Both the position numbers and the translations under genes were made by a program. A stretch of DNA of 64,000 bases from Anthoceros angustus (taxonomy: Eukaryota; Plantae; Anthocerotophyta): contig MU008197.1 of NCBI GenBank assembly GCA_010909165.1, forward strand, positions 486,602 to 550,601, given 5' to 3'. The notes under the pieces are model-generated. The model had not been told where the DNA came from, did not search any database, and saw only the letters and a program-made list of their open reading frames with translations. Below are positions 1 to 12,371 of this stretch, in pieces. Position 1 is the stretch's first letter, and each line of letters starts with the position of its first letter.

Positions 1-736
1 TACCGCTCATGCTTTTCATAGCAATAACCAATAAGATTAACCATGTGATGATGGTGAATAGTTGTGAGCAGGTCAACCTGCGTGCGTTCAGACATCGTGA
101 TTAGGAGCCACACCCCCGTCAAAGACAAGACGACAATCATCCATCATTCATTGCAAACCCTGCAATTCGGTGCCACAAAATCCATTTGGGAAGAATTCAT
201 ATTGCAGACTGACCTGATACTGAAACCTGGCCTCCACATCCGAGCTATTAAACACTTCGTCCTTTACCCGCTTGATAGCAACTTCAGAGCCATCCGACAG
301 GATACCCTTGTACACATGGTTGGTTGTGCCTTCTCCAATATGGTTGCTAAACCCCTCACTAGCTTCTTCTAAATCCTGATAGCTAAACACCAGACCACGA
401 TCCTCCAGTCCTACACATTGGAGGAACCGTATGCGCGTCAGCGAAAACGCTCCGACCTCCGCATTGGAAAGCTGCAACAGATTACCAGGCCGCGAAAGAA
501 GCTCACCATCTAAACCCCTGCTCTTCGCCGTGGAGTCCTTGGCCCGTGTACAAGGAAGCAGCGTAGGCTGTCGGTACCGCCTCCGAGTAAACCTGAGCAG
601 CTGATACAATACTAGGATGGTAACAGCCAGACACAAGACCGCGCCAGCTCCGATGAACCCGCAAATCCAGGCTTGCATTTTGAGGCAATAGCCGGAGTTG
701 GTATCTTCCCTGTCGTTGTCCATTTGCGGTGTCCAC
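1..736 (-). CDS. Receptor-like kinase, 5' part (transmembrane helix, juxtamembrane region, kinase N-lobe); continues off the left edge
   Basis: Exon 736..214 encodes a TM segment (WICGFIGAGAVLCLAVTILVLY), basic RRRYR, then FSYQDLEEASEGFSNHIGEGTTNHVYKGILSDGSEVAIKR. A GT-AG intron spans 213..78. The next exon, 77..1, reads VDLLTTIHHHHMVNLIGYCYEKHER (subdomains III-IV). There is an acceptor at 738-737. The start codon is uncertain: ATG at 723, or an upstream exon ending at 1291. Confidence 0.9.
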
Positions 737-1519
737 CTGCAGAAGATCAAAAAACAACAGATGCGCGGCATATCAGAGCGGCTCCCGCCACCAGTTCCAC
801 ACGAGCAAAGCAGATCTAGCTTGTCCATCACAATGTCCGCAGGCTGGACTGAAATTTGTTCATTTTCCTCTAAGGCAAAATTTTCTGTCACGCTACCACA
901 TTCCACTCCCTAGCTGAGAACGCAGACAAGCTCCCTGCCTCTCACACTTCACAGTAGCCACAACACCGCAATTGCACACAGGCCTGCACAAACCGAGAAA
1001 ACGCACCCGGCTCAATAGCACGGGAGGACCGGATGCAGGCAGGACCTAGCCCGCTCTAAGCTCCATCCCTCCGCAGGCAGCAATGCCGCAGGCGAAGCTG
1101 CAGGCAAACAGACCATCTCCCGAGCTCAAATCCTGTCCCGCAGGTCCTAGGAACCTCCTCTTCGCCGTCTCTCCATCTCGTGCACGAACTCGGCCGATAT
1201 CAAACACAGCAACTCGGGGTCCAGCTCCCCCTTTCCTTTCCTTGAGCTCCTCCGTCGTTTCCCTCGACCTCCTCCTTCCTCCGCGCTCACCTCAAATCCT
1301 CGTAACGAGCACAGCAAGGGGCCAGCGCGGCTCTCCCCGCTCCCTTCGCAAGACGGCTGCGGCAGGAAAAGGCAGGCCGGGCTTCGGGATTTCCCCTGCG
1401 CACCACTGGCATGCCGGGGCGGGCCGGGACGACGAGGGGCGAGGCGATGTGAGGACCGTTCCGGGGCCTAGGTGTGCCCTGCCAGCGCCAGTGGTGGGAC
1501 ACAGTTGCAACAACAGCAG

Positions 1520-1520
<1 letters not shown>

Positions 1521-1553
<33 letters not shown>
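1521..1553. repeat. (CAG)11 microsatellite
   Basis: Perfect CAG run. It reads as poly-Leu on the minus strand, within the probable first exon of the kinase gene. Confidence 0.95.
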
Positions 1554-1554
<1 letters not shown>

Positions 1555-2359
1555 CTGCAGTGCAACAGGAGGCAGCGAGTAAAAATCACAATCCACCAGT
1601 CCGCAAGGCGTTCGGCGTCCTGTCCTCGACGCACGAATCACGTATCAACGTTCGTCTCATGCGACGCAGTGTAAAAGCGTGATTAAATGAGCGGGCCTCG
1701 GGAACGGGCTCCGAGGCCCGAGGCGCATCGGGAAGTGGAGCCTACGTCTCGCTTTTGTCTGGCTGTCAGGCCGGCTGCTTCCGGGAAGGAGCTGTTAATG
1801 CCAACAGACCTGCTGCCATAATGCCGCATTGGCGGGATGCGTGGTGCCGTCTGGTCCCCCGTACGCTCGCACTGCCTAATATTCCATTCAGTCAATTCGC
1901 AAGTCAAATACATCAAGTTGCAGTATAATGACCTCTATCAAAGTCTTGAGTGAACAACAAACACTGACTGTGCCCAATCGCACGTCTCAAGAATCATGTG
2001 CATACATACGTACGTACCGACTAGCTCTGTTTCCAGTGTTTCCCGAAAAGCGTGCGCTACCAAGCCCTCGTTGGACCACAAGGACGGCAGCCGATATGCC
2101 GTCGAGGCCGGTTCCCTACTGCTCTGCTCTCAACCTCTAGAGGTAGTACATAGGTCGCATGTAGCTATGCATCTGTCCTAAGCTAGTAAGTCCGGTCCCT
2201 AAACTACAAGAGGAGCCAAGCATATAGTATGACAGCAGGGGCAAAACAGCCCTCCAGGGTTATCCGGGCAAGTTGCCTCAAGAACGAAACCCCTCATCTG
2301 GACTGGGATGCACAGAAAGGAAAAAAAGGAATGGGAGTGGTAACTACCACAAAAATGAG

Positions 2360-5300
2360 TTAGCTCCCGATCCCTTGTGCGACAGGGCCTTCCGGGGATT
2401 CTCGCTTTTGATGGGCTTGGAGAGGAGGGGCGGCTGCATCCCGGACGTAGGAGAGAGAGCGAGGGAAGCGGCCAGTCCTCATGGAGACGGGGACGGGGAC
2501 ACGGCCTCTTGGCGCAACCGTGCTGGCACCCGCACCTACGGGGGGAACGCTTTTGGCAGCTTCTCCGTTCACTGGGTTCTCACGTTTCCACTGCAGGTGC
2601 GGCATGGGAGGGAAGGCTCTGGGGCCTACAGCTGGCCTCCACAGCATCGGGTTGCCTCTCATGAAGCTCCCTCTCGACATACCTCTGAGAGGCATGATGA
2701 GTGAGCGAGGGGCAGAAGGGCGAGCAGACGGAGGCGCCTCGACGCCTGCTGCTTCTTTCTTGGTGACCTGTGCAAGACAAACTTTAGTAAAACTCATTCC
2801 AGCTGAGAGGTGGAGCACAAAAAGGGCCGCAAAGCTCTCCACCAACCTTCAGAGATCGTGAATGTACAGACGAGTCGTTCAATGCCAAAGCCTTCTCGAC
2901 TGAGTCCTTAGATACAAATTCAACGTAAGCTGACCTGAAAAAACCAAGGAAGACGACCTGCTTAGTTACAACACACAAAACGCCCAAAACAACAAGGTTC
3001 AAGTAACAGCCACCCATGAACGGTCATTATTACCCTGTAGGCTTCCCGGCAGCATCAGAGACTATCTTGACATGAACAATCTCTCCACACGGTTTGAAAT
3101 GAGCGGAGATGGTCTCTTGTGTCGTTGCAAAGTGTACCTGAAATAACAAGTCCACAATTTTGTCAGCGCAAAAAAGCCTTCCAACTACAGTAGCGTACTT
3201 CCAAGCAAAAGATGTCACCTCAAAAAATAGCAAGGAGATATGAATGTCAACTCACATTGCTCACAAGCACCGAGTGTGAATCAACCTCAGATTGGCTCCG
3301 TGGTGTGGGTGGTGGTTGGCCTGTTGAGCAGCAAACAATAAACTCCACTGTTGGTCCAACAGCACATGCTAATGTCTAACTTTTGCAGATAAGAACTTTG
3401 ATGAGATCGTACTGCCAAACAATTGCTACAAACAGAAGCCATTACTCACCAGCTCCTGGAGATGTCCCAGCCTTCTGGACCTCTTTTGACACTTCAGCCT
3501 GCCTTGCACGCAATTTTGTCATTTCCAACTCAACTTGACGCATTCTCCTCTTCACATCCAAAACATCCTGCAAATGTTCGGTACCACTATGAGTGAAATT
3601 ATCCCTGATGGCCAGGTGCTTAAACTATGACGTCTCCCTGCCACCAAGAAGGAAAACGAAGGTGGCACTTACTTTGGTATCAACCACACCACCATTAGCT
3701 CTGTCTAAAGCTGTGTCTGACACAAGTGATCTAGCAGGCAGACTACCCATCGACATCAGCTGCGGATGGGTTTGTGATGACATGAATTCTCCAAAGTGAT
3801 CATTACTCGTAGGAAGCTCAGCGTATGCTGTCCATCCCTGAGTGTTGACTGGGTTGAGACAGTTCCTAGAATCAAGGCCAGCTGCATGACCCCATTGCCA
3901 CATGGCCTCAGCCTCTTCATCCTCTTCTGGTCTGTGCAGCGTAATGATTGTTTCATCATTGTCCTCCTCTTGACTATTTTCGTACATGTCATCATAGAAC
4001 TCATATTTTCCAGCACCTTCCTCAACCGCATCAGACATGCTAGCCTCAGGCTCTTGCTTCTCCTCAATCCTCACTCCTCCTGCATTGACAGCCCTGAAAG
4101 TTTGGGAAGGCACTTGACCTTTACTGATCCCATTTCCATTAGCCACCTCTGTTGCCACTACGTAATCCCTATCCACTCTAGCTGCTTCTGCCTCCCTTTG
4201 AGATCTCCGCAGCTCTTTTTGAGCCCTGCGACGGTTGTGGTGCCGCCTTATTCCACTTCGTACTTTTTCAACCACAGAATCTTCATAATCTGGCATTTCC
4301 TGATCCCCTTTTACATCATAATCCCCAGCTCCTGCAACTTCCTCTGTAGCGCCATCTCTGGACATCTGGACTTCGCCCTGTCTGTTTCCCAAACGGTCCC
4401 AAACGCTGGTAGTGCTTGAAGTCCTACCACCTCTACTATGCCTAACATTATTCACATCCTCAGCTGCAGCAGCTGCTGCCTTCAAAGCCACGGCTATGGC
4501 TGGTAACATCTTTGCTCCGCCTTTGTTCATGTCAGACACTGATCTCTGTGGACGTACTCTCCCGTTTGGCTCACCTGACGGATTGAATAAAAATTTTAGA
4601 GATCAGAACCGTAAGAAGCACCACACAACAGTCACCAAGGCGCAGCACAGAAAGCCCATTAAGAAGCAACACAAGAGTAGAAGCTGTGCCACCCATACCC
4701 GCATCAGCTACAACGGAGCGTAGTCTTCTGTCTGAATCCACTCTCCTGAAACTGCCACCGGATGGGGCGACTGCATCTCTAAGTGCAGACTCCAGCAGCC
4801 TGGTAGGAGCCTTAACACGAGGTGGAGATGCGTCACCCTGTTTTGCCAAGAAGCACACGCCATCAGATGCTGCCATCGAGAACAAACCAACAGTCACGTA
4901 CGCAAGATGCTCCTAACCTTCCGCTGTGGATTTCCATCCACACGACTTCGTCTCCTCCTAGCCCATGGCTCTGGCGATCGATCCCGCTTAGAGTTTCCTT
5001 GCCGGCCCCTGCTGTACCGTCCTTCTTTTGCATTCTCATCAACATTTGCACCATCAGCCTGAGCAGCATTGACTTCGAGATCCCTCTTGAGCTTAACCAT
5101 ACGATTCTTAGGTTTAGCTGTCAACTCCTCGGTTAGTGAACTCTTTGAGTTCAAAATAGGAGCCTCGCTCACTCCATTGCCAGCCACCTGCAAAAAGAAG
5201 AACGGAATCACATTTTTTTTAATATACAAGTTTTTGCAAACCACAACATAATCAGAATAACACCTCGGACACCGACCTGCTCACTATCCTTCATAACTGC

Positions 5301-5921
5301 ATCCCCAACATCATCTTGAACGGCAGCTTGAACATCAGCAGCAGCAGCAGCCTTCTCAACCCCATCCGAAACTGGCAACTGAACATCCGTGTAGCGATGC
5401 TGATTTGCTGCTACATGATCCCACAGCCTGCAAAAAGGAATCGAACGAAATCAGTAAACGTGCCCAAGTGGACAGCCGTTATCGCCCCAAGCAGACCAGC
5501 TTGCCCTAGAAGGAAGCTCCTCCACATTACCACGAAACAAAAGCTTCGCTTTGATCCCCAAGAAAGGCTTCAAGGTCTGCGGACGCCTGCGCTTGGTGCT
5601 TCCCATGTGAAACAAGGACAACAACATACTCCTGCAATCAACCAGACAACCAACATTCGTCATTCACGGCATTGTACAGCCCGATCGTCAACCATATCTC
5701 CAACCGAACCAACTTCTGCACTTCCATGCACTGCCTGCACAAATTAGGTCGGAGGGATCAGAAAGCCGGCAAGAATGAGGAGGATAACCCACCGCAAGCA
5801 CGTCGTCTGCATAACTCTGCATTAACTCAGCCAGCTTCGCCTTCACCACATCCGTGAGCTTCTTCTTTCCATCAGCACCCAGAGTGAGCATAAAGGAGCG
5901 CCCCGCCCCCGCAGAATCCAT
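2360..5921 (-). CDS. PWI-domain + coiled-coil + RRM RNA-binding protein (PABPN1-like RRM), 11 coding exons
   Basis: Exons with in-phase GT-AG junctions: 5921-5793, 5631-5531, 5427-5277, 5187-4918, 4837-4699, 4574-3673, 3567-3450, 3320-3256, 3137-3034, 2934-2847, 2767-2360. PWI-like segment: YADDVLAEYVVVLVSHGK...LEAFLGDQSEAFVSWLWDHV. Also an SVWDRLG motif and an RRM (SVLVSNVHFATTQETISAHFKPCG...GSAYVEF...ALALNDS). Confidence 0.92.
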
Positions 5922-6949
5922 GACTGCTAGTGAGGCGGTGACGGCACCGGGGAATAGGATCACCGAGGGAATCACAGGTGCAGCGAGGTTGCACTAAAGG
6001 GAACCATGCAGACAGCCAAATGCCTGAGGGCCATACGACGTGGCTGGAATCCACTGGTCACGTCTATATGTATGCGCGGATGACTGTCCCGCAGCAGCAA
6101 ACTCCAAAACAGTGCCCGGCCGCCGGGTCGTAGAGAAGACAGGCTTCAGAGCGCGCAGGGAGAGCAGTCATGCACCACTCCACACTCTTGGGGAGTCACA
6201 ACACCTGTCCGAAACCATTCTGACCGGAGACCACCACTCCAGGCTGAGCCACTTGCTAGCAAATAGGGCAAGGGTTTCTGCCTCCTATCTCGGCTCCGCT
6301 TGCTTGCTGATGACCAGAGCCCGCCGATCTCCAACCCAAACTTTACGCACGATCCTGTTGTTGTTGATGCAACCGAGAGAAGGATGAACGCCAGACCAGC
6401 GAACCAACAGCGCCAACAAATGCTTGAAGAAGACGGATCGTTAATACTCCACTGCCCTGTCCTGAATCCTTTAATTTTTTTTTATCTCCGCACCACCACA
6501 CCAATAATCCAAGACGTCATATACATACCTCGGGTACATACACGTACAGACTAGGGCATGGGCTAAATCTCCGCACTAACTAACCAACATAGAACGAACC
6601 CTTCCCAAGCACGAGGGACCCACCATCAAACCATCGCTTCTCCTATGCCATATGCCACTGCCACCGGGAGTGTAACCGTAGCAGATCTATCGGCTAAGAA
6701 AGAGTGTTGGACTTACATAGCGTTCACGGCTGGTGGGAGGAGTGGTTACATGGGCAGTAAAGAACATGGTGGTTATGCACACTAGCCTTAGATAAGATTT
6801 CACATCACACATGTTGATCATTTTAAGCCTCCATGGATTCTCATTTAGTTATCATTTATCTCCAATAACCCAGCATTTTTCGTGCCTCATTATAAATTGT
6901 TTGGCATTTTTTATGTCCACCGGGTGATATTATAGGGTAGTGTTTGTGT

Positions 6950-7552
6950 GTCCAAATGGCTTAGGCCAAATGAGCATTTGTAAGAATATGATTGTTAAGC
7001 ATCGAATGGTTGTTAAGCATCATGCGCTTGGATCGGTATTTAGATGGGGTGTCAGAGGAATGGAGACTCAGTAAAGGGGTGGCTTGGTTCAGACTTAGAT
7101 GGGGTACTTAGAATGAGTGGAGGTCCCAGGGGCGGAGGCCCCTGGGATTAGGCACACCATGGTACAAGTTGTCGAGTACCAAGTCCCATGATAAGAAAAT
7201 TCCATCCAAGTGGACTATAATAGACTTCTTCTACTTCTTATCTTATACTAAGATTGAAATAGCATACGGGAGTGCGAACTAAGTTAAGACATCGAAATAG
7301 GATAGAAGAGGAAGAATTTTATTTAAGTCCATCGAAATAGGATAGAAGAAGAGGAAGAATTTTATTTAAGTCCACTAAGGACATTTGTCATGGGACTTGG
7401 TACTTAACAACTTGTACCATGGTGTGCCTAAGCTACTTGCACCAAGGGCATCCACTCCTTTAGCCACCCATCTAAGTCTCGATCTAAGCGCGAGGATTCT
7501 TAATAACGACATTCTTATGAATGCGTGTCCATTTGGCCTAAGCCATTTGGAC
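6950..7552. mobile_element. Foldback/MITE-like non-coding element with ~240-bp inverted arms (copy 1)
   Basis: GTCCAAATGGCTTAGGCCAAATG at 6950 pairs with CATTTGGCCTAAGCCATTTGGAC ending at 7552. TTAGGCACACCATGGTACAAGTTG (~7148) pairs with CAACTTGTACCATGGTGTGCCTAA (~7408). No TSD was found. Confidence 0.6.
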
Positions 7553-8412
7553 TACGGAGGAGTGCTATGGACTATGATAGACTCCTTCTTCTTCTTCTTA
7601 TCTTATACCAAGATCGAAATAGGGGCAGTGCTAAGTTGGATGATCGAAATAGGATTGGAGTGCTAATTTAGGAGATCGAAATAGGTTAGGAGAGTGCTAT
7701 GAACTATGATAAACTTCTTCATTCTTCATTATGGTACAAGTTGTTAAGTACCAAGTTCCATGAAATCCATCCTTAGTGGACTTAAATAAAATTCTTCTTC
7801 TTCTTCTTCTTCTTGTTATATTATACCAAGATCGAAATAGGGTATGCAATGCCAAGTTAGAATATCAAAATAGGATATGGGTGCTAAGTTTTACGGAGGC
7901 AGAGATGACCGAGATATGCAAGTTGCAAGGTTTTGCCACCCTCTGATGGAATAGGTCGGAGGGTTCTTCACCACCACCAATAATCCAAGACGTCATATAC
8001 ATACCTCACACGTACAGACTAGGGCATGGGCTAAATCTCCGCACTAACTAACCAACATAGAACGAACCCTTCCCAAGCACGAGGGACCCACCATCAAACC
8101 ATCGCTTCTCCTATGCCATATGCCACTGCCACCAGTGTAACTAGCAGATCTATCGGCTAAGAAAGAGTGTTGGACTTACATAGCGTTCACGGCTGGTGGG
8201 AGGAGTGGTTACATGGGCAGTAAAGAACATGGTGGTTATGCACACTAGCCTTAGATAAGATTTCACATCACACATGTTGATCATTTTAAGCCTCCATGGA
8301 TTCTCATTTAGTTATCATTTATCTCCAATAACCCAGCATTTTTCGTGCCTCATTATAAATTGTTTGGCATTTTTTATGTCCACCGGGTGATATTATAGGG
8401 TAGTGTTTGTGT

Positions 8413-9032
8413 GTCCAAATGGCTTAGGCCAAATGAGCATTTGTAAGAATATGATTGTTAAGCATCGAATGGTTGTTAAGCATCATGCGCTTGGATCGGT
8501 ATTTAGATGGGGTGTGCAGAGGGAATGGAGACCTGTAAAGGGAGTGGCGCTTGGTTCAGCACTTAGATGGGGTACTTAGAATGAGTGGAGGTCCCGAGAC
8601 GGAGCGGAGGCCCCTGGGATTAGGCACACCATGGTACAAGTTGTCGAGTACCAAGTCCCATGATAAGAAAATTCCATCCAAGTGGACTATAATAGACTTC
8701 TTCTACTTCTTATCTTATACTAAGATTGAAATAGCATACGGGAGTGCGAACTAAGTTAAGACATCGAAATAGGATAGAAGAAGAGGAAGAATTTTATTTA
8801 AGTCCATCGAAATAGGATAGAAGAAGAGGAAGAATTTTATTTAAGTCCACTAAGGACGGATTTCCGTCATGGGACTTGGTACTTAACAACTTGTACCATG
8901 GTGTGCCTAAGCTACTTGCACCAAGGGCATCCACTCCCTTTAGCCACCCCATCTAAGTCTCGATCTAAGCGCAGGATTCTTAATAACGACATTCTTATGA
9001 ATGCGTGTCCATTTGGCCTAAGCCATTTGGAC
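8413..9032. mobile_element. Foldback/MITE-like element (copy 2)
   Basis: Same inverted arms as 6950-7552, inside the second tandem unit. Confidence 0.6.
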
Positions 9033-11276
9033 TACGGAGGAGTGCTATGGACTATGATAGACTCCTTCTTCTTCTTCTTATCTTATACCAAGATCGAAAT
9101 AGGGTACGGAGTGCTAAGTTGGATGATCGAAATAGGATTCGGGAGTGCTAATTTAGGAGATCGAAATAGGTTAGGAGAGTGCTATGAACTATGATAAACT
9201 TCTTCATTCTTCATTATGGTACAAGTTGTTAAGTACCAAGTTCCATGACGGAAATCCATCCTTAGTGGACTTAAATAAAATTCTTCTTCTTCTTCTTCTT
9301 CTTGTTATATTATACCAAGATCGAAATAGGGTATGCAATGCCAAGTTAGAATATCAAAATAGGATATGGGAGTGCTAAGTTTTACGGAGACCGAGAGATG
9401 ACCGAGATATGCAAGTTGCAAGGTTTTTGCCACCGGCCTCTGCGATGGAATAGGTCGGAGGGGTTCTTGCCACCAGCCGCTGCGACAGAATAAGATACGG
9501 GATTGCTAAGTTAGAAGATCGAAATTGGATATGGGAGTGCCAAGTTATACAAAGACCAAAACATGACCGAGACATGCAGGTCGCAAGGGTTTCTGCCATT
9601 AGCATCCGTGATGGTGACGGTGACGGCCGACAGTGGAGCAAACGAATGACTGCTATGCATATTCACACGGGATTTGGATGAGCTAGATGGTGGGTCCCAC
9701 ATCCTTTGGGAGGGGTGCTATATAAATTTGTGTGGAGATTTAGCACCTGCCATACAGTAAGCTTTTCAAGCGTAATCAACATAGTATTATTAACCATATA
9801 CCTACATAGTCCATATTTTAAAACTTTTTTATGAGTGTCACTGCGTATGTGTCCCATCTCCTGCAGTTTACCAAATATTATGGTATATTGCAGGAGATAT
9901 CACGGTTTGATGTTTTATAGATGAGCAATGAAAACCCAACATTAAGCTGAGGTTTGTCCAACATTAGGTGTAGTTGGGTTTTAATAAAAATTACCTAATT
10001 CAGCGATAGCATTTTTCTTTATTGTATCAGAGTGAATACAACTTTCGTAGTTGTGCCCCAAAAAGAAAGTAACATGATGGCTAATGTGGCAATGGTATGG
10101 GCACCATAATGGCAACTAGGTATGATTGCAAGTCTTGGGTGCAAAAAGGGGAGCGGGAGGAGCTTGAGAACGAGGAGAATAAAGCTGCTGGACGAGAGGA
10201 TTTAGGCAGTTGTCGGAAGTCTCGAAGAGATGCATACATGTGTACAAAGCACGCTATCTTTGCTGGTGACAATTAATGGAAAGGATGTTGCTGTTTGGAA
10301 AACGGAATTTCAATGTCTAAATTGTGAACTGACTACTTGTACTCAAAGGTGATGCAACCCTGGAAAGAACGGGCAAGCACCATGCTTGACAATGAGTTCC
10401 TCTCTTTCATATAAGCCTGAATGATTTCACAATTGTTAAGAACATGTGGAAAGAATTGTGCTATCATGAACCAGACTTCTTACTGACCCAGCTGATGCAA
10501 TACTCGGTTGTATTGTTTACATTTTATTTTTACTCAATATGTGTGTGGACTGCGGACTCCCCCCCTTAGGAAGGTAATGAGCTTGTTTTTGGTTTTTTGT
10601 TAGTGTGGAGTGGAAAATAAGGCGAATAAGGGGAAATAAGGTCGGGAACAGGTGAAAGAGGAATGGACGACTGAAAGGCATAAGGACGGGTAGCGGGAAA
10701 TCGTGGCGTGAGCAGCCGAACTCAGAGTAGGCAGGGGTGAGTTCGATGGACTCGAAAGAGGGCTGCTACTGGAAAAGTAACCGGAAAGGGGTGGAGCGCG
10801 ATTGGTAAGGGGGCCACATGGATGGTGCTGAGAGGAGAACGGGCATGCAGCGGACCAGGACTGCAGGGTTATCAGTGGCCGTTATGGGCAGGTAACCACG
10901 ATCCAAGTACATGCGCCAGAGCGGCGGCGGAGTAAGGCGAGAGTAAGCGATGCAAGACTCTGGCAGTTACGGGTGGCGAAAGGACGTCCTCCCGCGCTTC
11001 AGTTACTTCCGACGTTCTAGCGCTGAGAGAAGGCCATTCTCTCGACCGACTTCTCGACAGTTTTCGCGGTCACTTGCGAGCATGCATCCTGCTCTCTGGC
11101 GCTATCTCTTCTGACGCTCAAGCGCCACTACGAGCGGCCATCTCTCCCGAACTGAGCACTCATCGCGGCGGAGCATAGCGGGAGCATTGTTGCCCACCAC
11201 CTCACAGCAGCACACCAGCCGGCGTGCGATTATAGGACCCAAGAAGGCGGCGGAGGTCTGGGAGCCCTAGCGCCTA

Positions 11277-12074
11277 GTGGAGAAGAACATTGTCACTAGG
11301 CGCTATCCAGATTTTGGACCTTGGCTGAAGGAGGCGGAGGAGCTGGTGCAGGACTGGCACCTGGACATCTTCCAAGCGGTGTGGACTTTTGACAGCATAA
11401 TGCTAGTCCGGGAGTACGCCCAGAAGATGCTGACGGTGGCCAACAAAACCGTCCGCTCTAAGAGCTTGAGGGAGGACCCAAGGAGATGGACCGTGGAGGT
11501 CCTGCGAGCGGTCTACAATCGGCCGGTGGAAGAGATTGGGGGCATAGTTCCGGAGCCCCTTAAGGTAAAAGGGAAGGTGGAGGCAGCCTAGGCGGCGCTT
11601 TTGAAGCCGGGGATGCAGCGGTTCTCAAACGGATGGCTGATGTCGAACCTATTGGACCGACGGGTGAGAGCGGTGGCGAAAGTCATCGTGCACTAGAACA
11701 TGCTCACCAAGGTGGACCACCTTGGTGACAATTTGCTTGTGTTCCTCCACGCCTTGCAGAGAGGAAAGAGAGCGGACTGGGGAAGGATCATCTTCGCCCG
11801 GTTTAGCCAGGAGGCCAGGAAGCTGCGCAGCCGCCTCTACATCTCCATTTATTGTCCACGTTTGGGGACACCTCAACCTCCTGAAGGAAGGAGAGGAAGA
11901 GCGAGCACTCCGGAAAGGGTTGGTAACCCTGCCTGAGACGGAGCGAAAGGAAAGGGCCCAGGAGCCAGAAGGACGCCCACCCAAGCCCAGGCGGACCCAG
12001 GAAGATGAAGATTGGGAAGGCATTCCGGACTCCATACGGCTGGAGCGGACCCCCTCGCCGCCCAGGGAAGTATG
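11277..12074 (+). pseudogene. Retroelement-type accessory ORF of unknown function, 5' part, interrupted by a Copia insertion
   Basis: Near-continuous translation PDFGPWLKEAEELVQDW...RRWTVEVLRAVYNRP...NGWL...KVDHLG...ADWGRII with stops and frameshifts. It is homologous by eye to 25600-25050 on the minus strand and stops at the LTR boundary 12075. Confidence 0.6.
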
Positions 12075-12371
12075 TGATGAGAATCATAGTTGCTCTAGGT
12101 AGCAAAACATAGCAAGCAGATAGTAGAAAAGCTTTTGCACAAAAGAGTTGTATGTAATGAATATAATACAAAGTACAAAGCCTATTTATAGGCGAGATGG
12201 TTAGGAGGTTAGGCGGTTACAACTATAATTTGTTGTAACTGCCAGGTAACCGCTAAGTAGTTATAACTACTGTAACTACTAACTACTAACTACCCAATGC
12301 CCTAGGTAGATAATAATGTTTAAGTTATGGTGCCTTAATGAATAGTGCCCTAACCCTAATGTATTTCATCA
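12075..12371 (-). repeat. 3' LTR of Copia 1 with adjacent PPT
   Basis: TGATGA...TCATCA terminal inverted hexamers. The minus-strand purine tract GAGTGGGAG lies at 12380-12372. The internal sequence recurs at 17941-18125. Confidence 0.85.

Larger units (their letters stand above)
6491..9475. repeat. Tandem direct duplication of a ~1.48 kb unit (6491-7969 and 7970-~9475)
   Basis: CCAATAATCCAAGACGTCATATACATACCTC and everything after it recur in the same order about 1478 bp later. The copies differ mostly by small deletions. Confidence 0.93.

Noticed and set aside
1083-1682. 199-aa plus-strand poly-Gln ORF
   Set aside because: GC-rich antisense frame over the kinase 5' region. The poly-Q is just the CAG microsatellite, and no domain is recognisable.
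3796-4419. 207-aa hydrophobic plus-strand ORF
   Set aside because: Antisense shadow of the acidic exon 6 of the PWI-RRM gene.
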